Positions 38,898 through 50,768 of a stretch of DNA of 64,000 nt are shown here, one piece after another. Both the position numbers and the translations under genes were made by a program. This stretch comes from Cenococcum geophilum. Lineage: Eukaryota. Under the pieces are notes generated by a model, which saw only the letters and a program-made list of their open reading frames with translations, was not told the origin of the DNA and ran no database searches. The stretch's first letter is position 1, and each line of letters opens with the position of its first letter. The stretch is from contig CP158635.1 in NCBI GenBank assembly GCA_050273025.1, forward strand, positions 18,166,001 through 18,230,000, read 5' to 3'.

Positions 38898-41180
38898 TTT
38901 TTTTTTTGAAATTATATACCGTTTTAGCTGCCCTAAGGGCGCCATGCCGGGTCTTCTATTTTACAGAGGTAGATCCTGGGTAATCACCCGTCTTACCTAC
39001 AGCAGTGATTCCGTGAGGCCCTTATCCGCCTATTTACTACGTGCTATAGTTATATAGTGCCTAGGAGAGAAGCAAACGCCTATAATCGCTAAGTCTAAAT
39101 TAAGAAATAAGAATCGTACGCTAGAGCAATGTAGGATATATGTAAGTAGGGTAAGTTCCTATATAAAGGAGATAATTAAAATTAAATAATTAAAAAGTAG
39201 TAAGTATGTAAATTACCTCTGTTTTGTACTGTATATTAGAGCCAGGCCTGTTTTACGGGCCTAGGGTTTTTGCTCTAGTACTATCCGTCTTCCGCTAATG
39301 TCACATTATATCCACCACTAAGAGAGACTTAGTTAGTTACTTTAAGTCTATTCCTAGCCTCCAGAAACTGCACTAGGAGGCCTATTTATACTATATATTG
39401 TGCTGCTTTCTTTGCTAACTATATTTGGTTTAAGATCGCTTTAAAGCTCTAAGGCTAGCTATTATACGGCCAGACTGCTTTCCTTAGTTCTTTAAAATTA
39501 GGGCATTTGATTAGGACGTATCGCCCTATCTATTTATCCCTATACGTATACCTTAAGTTAGGCGTACGTTTAATCCTATAGAGGTAGCTTTTAAGGGCTA
39601 CCTTGCCTATATAGATCTGTGTGAGGGTGGCGGAGAAGGCCTTTAGTAAGCTACTGTGTACCCTTAGTCTCTGCTTTAAGATCTTTAGTGTAAATCTATA
39701 TAGCTCTCTTCTAGTCTCTCTATTCTTCTATTTATTTGCCTAATAAGCTTTTAGTCTTACTTTTATTGTTCTCTTTGCTACTAATAATAGGCTTTAAAGT
39801 AATGGGAAGGTAGGTACTTTAGGTCCTATTCCTCCTTCTCCTTCTCTCTACCCTATTACTATCTTCGCTAAAACATCTGCTTGTTTATTTTTATTAATAT
39901 CTACATATAACAGAACCTAGTATATTACTACCCGTATACTTAGCATCTATACGGCTTATAGTCTCTTACGTACTCTATAAACCAGATACTAGCCTAAGTA
40001 GTTCCGTAGTTTAGCTACTGCTTATATTACTGCTTAGTTATCCATAAATATTATTAATCTTCTAATTATTAGTAAGTACTTAAGTGCTAAGTTAAGAGCT
40101 AGCTATAGCCCTCTTAGCTCTCCTGCGTATACTATACTAACTTAATTCGTTCCTATATAGTTAGCTATTTTAGCTCCTAATTTAGGAATATATACTAAAG
40201 CTCCTACCTCTCCGTTAATTTTACTGCCGTTTATATATACTAATACGTATCCTAGGTTACTCTTAGCTTTCTATATAATCTAGTTATACTCTAGCTTACC
40301 TACTTCTGTCCCTTTAGTAATATAGGTCTTTAGTGGCTTAGTTTACGGGCAAATAATTTCTAGGCGGATTACTTCTATAGAAGGTGTCCCTTCCTTAAGG
40401 CGGAGCGCTACTATATACTCTAGTTTTTAAAGAGGGCTGTACCATTTAAACTTTAATAGGGTGGGTCTCTATAGTTATTAAATCTTATAGTATAACGGTA
40501 ACCCCCTAATTTAATTTAGGGAGGACTTAACCGCCTAGTAAAGCAATATTTTAATTAGTGGTATATGCATCTCTACTTCTAGTTTCGCCTTAGCGGTAGT
40601 TTTAAAGGCTCTTATTATAAGACAGAGTGCTTTATACTAAATTTATAATAAAACTTGGTAGGCGTTCTTTATTTTATTAATAAAACCACGCCCTTCTTCT
40701 AGTATATACTAGTAGGAGGCTGCGTAGAGTATACGTGGTATAATGGTAGCTATATAGAGTTGGCGCATATATCTAGTTATAATACCCTATATAGATCCTA
40801 TAATACCTAAGAGACATATAAATTAGCTTATTAATCTTTCCACTATATAGTCTAAGTGCACCTTTCCTATTAGCTTATTGTCTAGTATAACACTAAGGTA
40901 TCTAGCTTTCGTTATTAGTTGTATTATTTAAGTCCTTCTATTTTTTAGCGTAAGCGCTAGAGGACGTTTATGTTCCTCTTTTAAGGTCTTCTTCCCTAGT
41001 TATATAAAGTAGATAAGTTTATACTTCTATAGTGCGAATACTAAGGCGTATATATATGCCTACTTCTCTACTCTCTTATGCAGCATTAATAGCGTCTTTA
41101 TTGTCTCTTCCGTGTTTCTTCTATTAACTATTATACTTATATTATTAATATACCCCGTAACTAGGCTGTGCCTTAGCCCG
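38898..41180 (-). mobile_element. Tad1-like LINE, 3' part (RT C-half, RNase H, C-terminal Cys/His motif, poly-A), RIPped
   Basis: GYINNISII...VFAL*KYKLIYF (de-RIP GYIDD...FAPQKYELIHF); RNase H VLVYINGSKINGEVGA...SIVYAGELRGL; T10 tract at 38898 is the poly-A tail. Confidence 0.9.
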
Positions 41181-44100
41181 TTAAGATTTTTAGACCTAGG
41201 GTTTATTCTAATTTAGTAAAAGGCTTAGCGGATATTAAGCTTTATAAAGACCTTAGCTCTACTTATTTAGGCTAGAGTCTTATTAAGTAGGGGTAGTGGA
41301 TAGCGGTCTTTGCGGGTTATATTATTTAACTTATAGTAGTTAATATAGAGGCGGAGTCATCTATTTAGCTTTTTAATAAAGAAAATATATAAGGTAAAAG
41401 GGGCTTAGCTAAGCTTAATAAAGCCCTTATTTAGGTTATTAATAAAATACTACTTTATAGCCTATAATTTAGCAATAAACTACTTATAAAGGGGACTAAA
41501 GCTAAGGGTATTTTCCTTGCCCTATTTAATCTCGATCTTATAATTATATAGTTAGTAAGGTAGAAGTATATTAGACGCTACTTTAGAGAATATATCCTTA
41601 AATTTCTAGTGTTAATAGGGCAGCTTTTATTTTACTAGTTCCTTATCTATAAGCTCGCTTTTTTATCTACTAAGCTTACTTTTCTTTTCCTTAATTATTT
41701 AATTAATTTTATATAAGCTAGTTATAAAGGTAATAGTATTAGGCTAAACTAAGTTCTAGTAGAATCCTATAGCACTAATATAGCAGATATTAACTAGTAG
41801 GAGGTCCGCTAGTTTCTTTACGGATATTTATTAGGTTATATTTTGTGGTATAAGGTTTATAGTCTTCCTTAGCTTATATTTTATTTTCTATAAGTTATCT
41901 TTCCTATTTATTAGTTTAGTATAGCGTCTAATATTCCTAGCTTTCCTTTATAGCTACGTAGGGCCTAAGTCCTTTATAGTTAATTTAGCTAGGTTACTAC
42001 TAGCTTCCTAGGTCTTTAATATAGGTAGTATAATATAGCTAGTCTAGGGGCGGTATAGTATATAGATCTGTTACGGGTTAAGCTGTATATTTTTCTTAAA
42101 GGCCTAGTCCTTATGTATAGCATCTACCTAGTAAATAGTATTAATCTAAAGCTATATAAGGTTTTCTATTATAATGCTAATTTCTTTTATAAAAGAAGGG
42201 GTTAGGGGTAGGGTTTTAGGCTAGATAAGCCGCCTACTTTGTACGCTAAGCTATAAGCCTAAATAGGCTAGCTATTTTCTTTTTAAGATTATATTATAGC
42301 TTCCTAGGTCCGTAATAAGGAAGGGGATATTATACTACCTTTGTTTGTTAATACGGAGGTAAATCCATAAAATGGTTATAATAGGTAGCCCTATTTACCC
42401 GTTATACCCGTAAATAAAAATTAGTTTAGGTAGTTCTTTAATAGGTGCATTAAAAAGGTTAGCTAGCTTTATAGTATACTAGGTATCTATTAAGATAAAG
42501 GTATTTACTTTAGAGTTAGCTAAAGTAAAGGTTAAAACTTAATATCTATTACGGAATAAAGTATAAGGGATAGTATAGCTTCTTTTACTAACTAGCCAAC
42601 CTAGATTAATATATAACTTATTAATCCCTTTTAACCCTAAAGAGGAGTCTTTTTCTAGGGTTTCTCTTTTTCTAACTTTATACTATTCTCCTAGATTAAC
42701 AGAACCTTATCTACTTTTGCGTTTATTAGGTAATCCTTTATATAGTAGCCCTTTTAACTATAAGAAAAGCAAGCTTCTTAATTACTAAGGGCCTATATAT
42801 AGGGGTTGCTATATATAGGCCGAGCATTTACTAGATCTATAGTATAACTAACTATATAGCTAGCTGCTAAATTAGTGGTGGGTAGTATAGGTAGTGCTAT
42901 AGGGGTTGCTAATTATACTGGGGTATTATAGGCCGTTCTTATATTGCTTATAGTCTAAGTTAAAAAAATTCTGGCTTTATACCGTTTAGCGCATACTTTA
43001 ATTTAGTGGAGGCCTTAGTTAATAGCTAAGCACTAGTCTATAAGTTCCTTTAGCGTTTATATAGTAGTAAAAACTAGTAGTACGGCTTGCTGCAGGTCTA
43101 GGGTAAGCTTATTAAATAGGTTTAGCATTAAATCTTCCTAGGGAATTTAAGCCTAGCTAGCTAGGTATAGAAAGCGGGTCTAAAAGACCAAGAAGGTCTC
43201 TGTCGTTTTTATATTTAGACTTTTATAATTAAGTTAGGCGTTTTATACTTTAAAGGGGTCCTTATAAATAGAAGATAGGTAGATAATTATCTTTTTTCTA
43301 AAGAGGAAGGGATCTGCTAAGTCCTATACGTATTGCAGACGTAGGTGTATTTATACATTCCTACTAGTATAGCTAAAGACGTAGGCTATTTTAGCCTAAG
43401 TAGTAGGGAAGTAGTCCGTATTAACTTTAAGCTTATTCTATAATTAAAGCTTCTAATTATTAAATATAGGGTTGGTTCTACCTATAAGTAATAGGGGGTC
43501 CGCGACCTTCGCGGATCGCAATAATACTAATACTATATATTAAGCTAGGGTTTTAAGGACTATAGTAAGTCTCTAGGTATCTAATAGCTCTTTACTAGGT
43601 ATAGGGGGTTCTTTAGCTTTAAGCAGCTCTTAAAGTCGTTTAATTTCGATATTAGCTGCTATAAGCTCTACCTAAAAGTTTAAGTTAGTTACTATTTTAC
43701 TATTGGAGGTATTTAAGGGTCTTACGGCTAATTTGCCAGCCGCTGTATTTCTTAGTATAGTGGTATAGTTATTAGGGTAACTTCTAGTAGAATTCAGGGG
43801 TTCTAGTCTATGCGTATTCTATAGGTCTTATTATTCTTTTTTATTATTCTAGTTTTAGTAATAGTCTTTAGGTCTACTTTTATATTCTATTCTTATTTAT
43901 AGTCCTATAAATATATTTATGTTCCTTTTTAGGAATAAGAGTAGATAAGCTTTAAATAATATTAGTGACTTAGTTAATTAAGGCACGAGTATAGTAGGAG
44001 GGACGCGCAAGCCTATATAATTAGTAGTCTATAAACAAGGATCTAAAGCTAGAGAAAGGAAAGGAGACAAAGGGTGGCGCTACTTAACGTTATATACAAT

Positions 44101-44192
44101 CCTCTGGTTACGTAACGGCAATTGTCTAAAACTGTCTAAAACTGTCTGCGATTGTCTACTACAATCTACTAATATTCACCAGTGCCGTAATA
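41181..44192 (-). mobile_element. Ty3/Gypsy element: 5' LTR (43960-44192), gag with zinc knuckle, protease and first half of RT, RIPped
   Basis: LTR ends TATTACGGCAC / GTCACTAATA; ACFSYS*KGYYIKDYL (de-RIP CFSCGQKGHYAKDCP); LRLYINYYKLNNITRKDRYPLPLLNKTL...KVFIKLNIR*AF. Confidence 0.88.
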
Positions 44193-45135
44193 GAAAGTAG
44201 TTATTACTATAGGTAGCATTATAGTTACTATCTTAGGTGGCATATTATTCGACTTCCTTTACTATAACCTTAGTAGTAAATATATAACGAAGCCTTATAG
44301 GAAATACTATAATGGACTTATTAAAGGGCTAGGTATATAGGTTTAGGAATAGTTAAACAATAACTAATATAACTAGTAGAGTAGGTTACCTAATAGATTA
44401 ACTCTAATTATATTCTAAGATTTACTATAAAGAAGAAAACTATCTAGGTAGGGACTATAGTCCTTTAAATATATAATACTTCGCCTAAGAAATATACTAA
44501 GTACGTTAGTACGTCAGTATATTATGTCCCTATATACCTACGTTCTTATATTCCAAACTTATAACGTAACTAACTATATAACTCGACTACCCCTTATCCT
44601 ATAACTCGATCGGTTTTAGTGCCTCCTATACTATCTTAACTAACCTATTTATATCTCTTTTTAGTAGTGCTACTACTATTAATATAAGGTTTATAATACT
44701 TATAGGAACCTACTAACTCTATAGAACCTATATAAGTTATAAAGACTTTTATAAACTTAACTTAGAACTACTATAGCCTTATCTTATAAGAACTTAAGTT
44801 TAAAAAAGGGGGTACTATTATAAGACGACTCTATAACACCTTATATACGCCATTTACTATATTCTACTATATTCTACCATATTCTACTATATTTTACTAA
44901 TATAATATCTATAATATCCACAACTTTTACTAAATTCTACTAAGCTGTTAAAAGGATCTATAGCAATGTAATGGCCCTAAGGGAAGTAAGAGGAATAAGA
45001 TTAAATTCTGAGGTTCTTCTATACGGGGCGACCGCGTTATATAGGCGCCTCGCCGGTTACGGTATATACGTCTTTACGGCCTAATATAAGCCTACTAGAT
45101 TATACTCTGTATATAGCACGGTACCTATTAATATA
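44193..45135 (+). mobile_element. 3' end of another LTR element (polypurine tract plus LTR), heavily RIPped; right boundary approximate
   Basis: AAAAAAGGGGGTAC immediately followed by TATTATAAGACG (de-RIP TGTT...) at 44816 and short internal tandem repeats (TATTCTAC). No coding motif recognised. Confidence 0.5.
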
Positions 45136-45313
45136 ATAATTAAGTAAATAATATATACCCCTTTCTCCTACTTTTTACTTTCTTTCCTTATATAACCTCT
45201 TAACTTTAATATGTAGTTTATATATATAGCTTAATAATATCTACTTCGTTTTATATTATCGCTACTTATCTTCGCTTTGTAATAGGAAGAACCTTTCTAT
45301 AAGGATTTTTACC

Positions 45314-45314
<1 letters not shown>

Positions 45315-45351
<37 letters not shown>

Positions 45352-45352
45352 T
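45315..45352. repeat. (TTA)n microsatellite, about 12 units
   Basis: Seen directly in the sequence. Confidence 0.9.
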
Positions 45353-45559
45353 ATAGTCTACGTTTCGCCTATTATTATTTTTAGAGGTAGTAAGTATAGG
45401 TCTTCTACTAGGGGTTCTGTCTTTTTTAATTACCTATTTTACTATAGCCTAGAGGCTCTTATTATAGAAGAGGGTTAGGTTAATAGTATATTTATTTATA
45501 AATTATCTCTAGTTCTTCCTTGTTTTGTATTTAAGGGTATTTTTTTAGCTAGTTCCTTA

Positions 45560-46140
45560 CGTTCTTATATTATTTTCTTCTTGCTCTCCGCTAGCTAGCT
45601 CTAAGGACCGCGTACCATACGGACCATACGTATCGCGCGTGGGGGTTTGGCTTTGATTCTAGGCAGTGCTCCTTAAGCCTATTTTTAACCGCTTCCTAAA
45701 TCTTTTCTAGCCTCTCGTCGATTTTCTCCGAAGTAGCTAATATATATCGCTATTTCGGTACTAGGTGGATTTCTTGGTGTAAGGGGGCTTTGAAGCAGCT
45801 TCAAAGGAAATAAGATTCTATTGAAAGCCAAGCTATATAGACCTTGCAAACAACAAGACGTTCGGACAAAGAACAGAATAGATTCGAGTCGACGTGGTCA
45901 ATAAATAGGGGTAGCCGTGGTGCGTGCACCGGCTTCGACAGGCTTCGACAGGCTTCGACAGAATTCGATCGTCGAGTGTTTCACCAAGACGTCTTTACTG
46001 TAACGGGACTGTCCCGTTACACGTGGAGGTTTTGGAGTTGTTGCTTAACCGCGTTAAGGAAGCTGTGTATATCGAGCCTTTTAATTGCGTATCTCTTGCT
46101 ACTTAGTTGTGTCCCGGCGTCTAGGTCTAGTTGTATGTTT
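45560..46140 (-). mobile_element. LINE ORF2 fragment (endonuclease-RT linker) interrupted by a solo LTR
   Basis: After removing the LTR and one TSD copy the frame reads KRYAIKRLDIHSFLNAVKQQLQNLHEIH...EKIDERLEKI*EAVKNRLKEHCLESKPNPHARYVWS...RRARRK, resembling the post-endonuclease region of fungal LINEs. Confidence 0.6.
45778..46021 (-). mobile_element. Solo LTR (244 bp), little RIP
   Basis: TGTAAG...GTTACA termini intact; flanks CTTGG / CGTGG (5-bp TSD with one mismatch); internal GGCTTCGACA x3 repeat; terminal palindrome TGTAACGGGACTGTCCCGTTACA. Confidence 0.8.
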
Positions 46141-46199
46141 TTTTTATATTAAATATATTTTAAATATATATATTAATTTAAAAGGTGTTATAAAGTAGC

Positions 46200-46507
46200 T
46201 GTCCCTTGCACAGCTAGTGTTCAATCGATTGTGGCCTATACGCGATGGTCAGTAACATCAATTCGTTAACGCCAGTAGTGTAAACAAAACTTCATCAGTT
46301 AAGTAAACCACTACAATGTTACGAAATCTTAAATCCAAGATTGAATCAACACTAAGGATTAAGTGTAGATACAAATATATATATATTTGAAGCTTTATGT
46401 CAAACCTGATGTGTATGGCGGGACGCCTAACCGCCTACGAATGCAGTTGATTGATTAGTTGCGCACGGGCCGCAAGTTATTGGACGAATTCAACTGTGCA
46501 AGGGATA
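46200..46507. mobile_element. ~308-bp element with 14-bp terminal inverted repeats (MITE or solo LTR)
   Basis: TGTCCCTTGCACAG (46200-13) and CTGTGCAAGGGATA (46494-507); no clear TSD. Confidence 0.55.
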
Positions 46508-46927
46508 ACGTCTTAGCCACCCGGTCGAGCCACCCTAAATCACACCAAAATCTACCAACTTTAGCCTCCTATAACTCTACCCCCATTAAAGATATTTAAA
46601 TGAAAATTTAAATATGGCTACTTATATATAAAGGTGTTATATTTATAATGTTTTTAAATATATATATTTAAGCTAATATAATATTTTTATTAATAAATAT
46701 TAAAAATTAAAAATGTTTCTTTAAAAATAATTATATTAGCTTAAATATATAATATTTTTTATAAAAATATTATAAATGAAATCCTTTTATATATAAGTAG
46801 CTATATTTAAATTTTTATTTAAATATCTTTAATAGGGGTAGAGTTATAAAAGGCTAAAGTTGGTAGATTTTGGTGTGTTTTAAGGTGGCTCGACTGGGTG
46901 GCTGGCTCGACCGGGTGGCTAAGACGT
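46508..46927. mobile_element. Fold-back MITE of the Fot1/Pot2 (pogo) type, 420 bp, almost entirely palindromic
   Basis: TA|ACGTCTTAGCCACCCGGTCGAGCCA ... TGGCTCGACCGGGTGGCTAAGACGT|TA; arms remain complementary for about 180 bp. Confidence 0.92.
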
Positions 46928-47511
46928 TAGAGGTAACTAAAAGTTGTAATAGGTAAGGTAAACTTTTTTAGTAGTAGGCTAAGTTAAGCGAGGCTTGGCG
47001 AGCTGTTAGCGTAGTGGCGTGAAGCCTCTTAACGCGGCTTGTGTTGCTGTTCTCGTTGCTGGCTGTAGCCCGAGTTTTCACACCATGCACCGCGTTTTGG
47101 GCCTCTAGACGCGCCAGGCAATCTCGCAAAGTTTGATCGAACGTTCACTAATTATCCCCTCCAGGACCTCTAAACTTGGTAGTTGAGTATCTTTAGGGAA
47201 CTGACTTAACCCTGCTACCTTCCGCTTGCGGGCAGAGCAATGGAGGCCGCCAACTCCACCCAGGGCATATAGATCGCGACAAGTTCATTTGTGAGGGGAT
47301 ATCGGGACGAGAGGGGTTATTTATAACACTTTCGGAAATACGCCAAATAGAGCGCCTATTGCGTACTCAATTACATTGGGAACAAAAGCGGAACAGAACC
47401 CATTACGGCTGAATTGGGCGGCAATAGCAATGGCGATGAGGCGCCAGCCACCGGATCTTTGTATGTCACAGTTCTTGCTGCCTCGTAGCATCATATCCAT
47501 ACCCGTCCAAA

Positions 47512-48623
47512 TCACAATTCTCCCTCGTGTATCGCCTGCTGATCAGTATCATAGTGCGCACTCTCAAACCTCCTATCTTCCGGCACCACCGCCGAGCAAT
47601 CAGCAACAGCAACCTCTTTACAGACATCCGGTCCCACATTCTTCGGGTCGCACAGCGTATTTGCTGATCTACCCGGTGCGACGGCAACACGGTGTTCGTG
47701 GCCAGGTACGGGCCACTTCATCCGCCACTGCAACGTCACGTCATCGTTAGCCACGTCATCTGCCTTGTACCCAGGCCTTGTCAGACACATTGTTCCGTAC
47801 GGAGTGGGCGTGCAGGACGTCGTGGGATGGCACAGGTTCTGTCCAGGGTACGGAAGACAGATATCGCAACCGATCGTGATGTTCGTCGCCAAGATGTATG
47901 GGACGCCGGAGCTACCATCGGGGAACTTTCTAGCCCCGTCGCCCGTCGCATTCAAGGCTATGGCGAGAGGTTTGAATTCTTTGGGGTACTCTGCAAACGC
48001 CTCGTGGACTGAGCATTGCCAGTCGCTGAGGACGGCGTCGGTGAGCAAGGTGAGCGCCGCGTGGTTTGCCACGATGTGCGCGGCGTCGTAGCAGCCGGTT
48101 CCACGGACGGTGAACTTGCCGAATTCCTGCATTACTGCGAGGGTCGCGAGGGATGAGGATTCGTAATACTCGCTGAGAGTGATATAGAGACCGGTGCCTT
48201 CGCCAGCTATCGCGAATCTGATACCGTTGAGCATGAGCTGGTCGGAGCGAGGTCTGTGACCGGCTGGGTCGGAGCCTGTGCACGGAGTAAGTCCTCGCTA
48301 TTTTCTGCGAGTTGTGAGCTCTAACCGATGACGATTGCATTTCCTTTGATCGCGGGAGACCATGCTGCCCGGCTGGAGACTAGCGGATCAAGCAAGGAAA
48401 CGTCGTTAGAATTAGGATCACCGATAATAATGGCATTGAATGATTTGAAGTAATTGGTATCCTTGAGAGCCCACTGACTCGGACTAAGAATTTCGAATGT
48501 CAAGGATCCGTCTTGTACGAGAGAAAGCTCAGCTCCTGTGAGAGTGGAGAGAAAGAGCACCTGTGTGGCATGGCCGAGCCAACCGAAGAAGAGAATTGAG
48601 CATAACGACGCAAGAGCTAACAT
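47512..48623 (-). CDS. Secreted two-domain protein (353 aa): uncharacterised N-terminal domain plus Cys-rich C-terminal domain; effector-like location
   Basis: Exons 48326-48623 and 47512-48275 are joined in frame by a 50-nt GT..AG intron (NAIVIG|SDPAGH). Signal peptide MLALASLCSILFFGWLGHA, 10 Cys in the mature chain, sequons NAT and NIT, no RIP stops. Confidence 0.85.
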
Positions 48624-49338
48624 TTTGAGCGGATCACTATGGTAGAATGAGAACACTCTTCCGTTGTCTTTTGCGAATGTATTAACAAAGCTTAACAGTT
48701 CGAAGGAATCCCCTATTATGTCAAAAGCGAAGGTTGATGGTCTTAAGAGGGAGAACACATACCCCGTCTTATGCACCTCAGCTGCCTCAGCTCACCATCT
48801 CAGCAGCGAACAAGGCTTGGTCATTCGGTCGCCGTGCAGGATCTCGTCGCCCGCGGTGCTGTCATCGGTAAGAGCCAACCAATTAGATTAGCTGATATAT
48901 GGGCATTCCTGATTGAATGGGCGGGCGGGAAAGTGAATCTTCAAACCGGGCACACAAAAAACATTTCACCACAGCAACTTCAGCTCCACTCATTGTATCT
49001 CGCGGTCTTTCGATCCCCCTTAGACGTGGTTAGAGTTGTTTCCCCATGATCCGTAGCTCGATGCCCCAACCCAATGAGACGCACTATCTCGTTCCCAGAG
49101 GTTAAGGCTATCAGTATTCACGATCTTAGGAGCCTTGGCAACAGCAGCTTTAAGTTTTGATGACCCTCTCGGCTCGCGTAGATCCATGCATTTGCACCCC
49201 TTAGGTAGAGTGATGGCGTGTTTGGTCACGCTCTCTACAGCCATATGTCTTGGCTGAATCCGCTTCTAGCCAATCTGCTCTTCAAATATTGCAATTAATC
49301 CCCTCAGTTTACCCGTCCCGAGGTCGCAAATGAACTTA

Positions 49339-49765
49339 CCTCCGGTAAGTGCCGGCCACCTCAACGAGTAGGGCCACCTTAACGCCAGATTCGCCAAGAC
49401 ACCAAAATATTATTAATATTAATATTATATATTATTAACGCTATAATTGCTAAGTGTATTTGCATTAAAAATAAGATCTAGGGGGCTCTTAAAGAACTCT
49501 AAAAGTCTATTAAGCCTAATGTCATAGAGGTTGCGCGCCGATACGGTGTTTATAAATTATATCTCCGCGCTTAATAGAGAAGACCTATAGTAGATAAAAG
49601 GCTTTCTAATAAGAGCTTACTCTTTATAGCTATATTAATTATTATAGATATATATAACTTTAGTAAGTCAGCATTCTATATTAGTATTAGTAAGGACTAA
49701 TAGATTATAATAAAAGACCTTTATTAAAAAGCTTACCTCTTTATTAGTATAAATTAAGCTAGTTA
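49339..49765 (+). mobile_element. Fot1/pogo transposon 5' end with internally deleted transposase, RIPped
   Basis: TA|CCTCCGGTAAGTGCCGGCCACCTCAACG with repeated GGCCACCTYAACG; IKNKI*GALKEL...PNVIEVARRYGV (psq-type HTH) and DIYNFSKSAFYISISKD (family pattern DIYNFDE.GF.IGIG). Confidence 0.8.
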
Positions 49766-50768
49766 TATTGGGAAAATATTTATAGGCTAAAATTTAAGCT
49801 ACCTATTAAGTAAAATTATAAGATAAGGATATAGATAGGGAGTCCAATTAATAGAATAATAGGGTATATTATATAGACAGACAAATCCTTAAGGGAAAGG
49901 AGGAGTCTATATACGAGGTAAGGAAGGGTTTTCCTTAGGCATATGCAGCGTACATACCTTATAGGCGAGTTACCCGTAGGTTGCCCCTGGGTCGCCTATA
50001 CCTTACAACTATATAACTATTTACTTAGGTTTTACCTAATAATGCCCCCCCCTTTAATAGGATTGTCCTTAATTCTTTATATACTTAAGCCTTAATAAAT
50101 CCCTATAAATCCCTTAATAAGGAAAAAAATTAAAGGGGAAAGAGCGTCTTAATTTTATATATAAAGAGATAGGTAGTATATATGCATAGCGCGAAGATAT
50201 TAAAGAACGTTAACCACTAGTTAAAGTTATTTAATTAATTAGATTTAACTTACTAAAACTTTCCATATTTAACTAAGCTAATAATAATTTTCTATACCTA
50301 GTATAGAAAATCCTAATTAGCCTATTTAATACTTAGAGCTAGTAGAGCTTAACGTTATTACCTAAATTTAGTAAACTATTAAAAATATTCTAAAAGCTTA
50401 CTTATATAGGTAGGTTGCTAGTACCTTACGGGTAGGTTATAGATTATTTATATATAGCCAGACTTACAGGTAGTAAGATAATATACCCGTTAAATCCACC
50501 GCTAACCCTATACTTTAGCCTTATGCTATATTAGTATAGCGCTATATATACTTTATAAGTAGGTTATAAATTACTTATATATAGCTAGATGTATAAATAG
50601 TAAGGCTATATACCTATTAAATTCGTTATTAACCTATACTTTAGCCTTATATATTATCTATATAGTATATAAGTTACTAGTATATTATAAACCCCGGTTA
50701 TAAATAGGCCTATTCTTTATATCACGGGACGTAAATAGTAGCTATAAAGCGTATGTATTTAAGGAGTC
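49766..50768 (-). mobile_element. 3' LTR (49766-50041), PPT and adjacent internal sequence of an LTR retrotransposon
   Basis: Minus strand AAGGGGGGGGGCAT precedes TATTAGGTAAAA; the other end is TTTTCCCAATA (de-RIP TGTTGGG...CCCAACA). No coding motif recognised in 50042-50768. Confidence 0.6.

Noticed and set aside
46200..49765. Secreted gene as cargo of a composite transposon or Starship
   Set aside because: The flanking TIRs (46508-46927 versus 49339) belong to different families and do not pair; no tyrosine-recombinase captain or shared TSD is visible.
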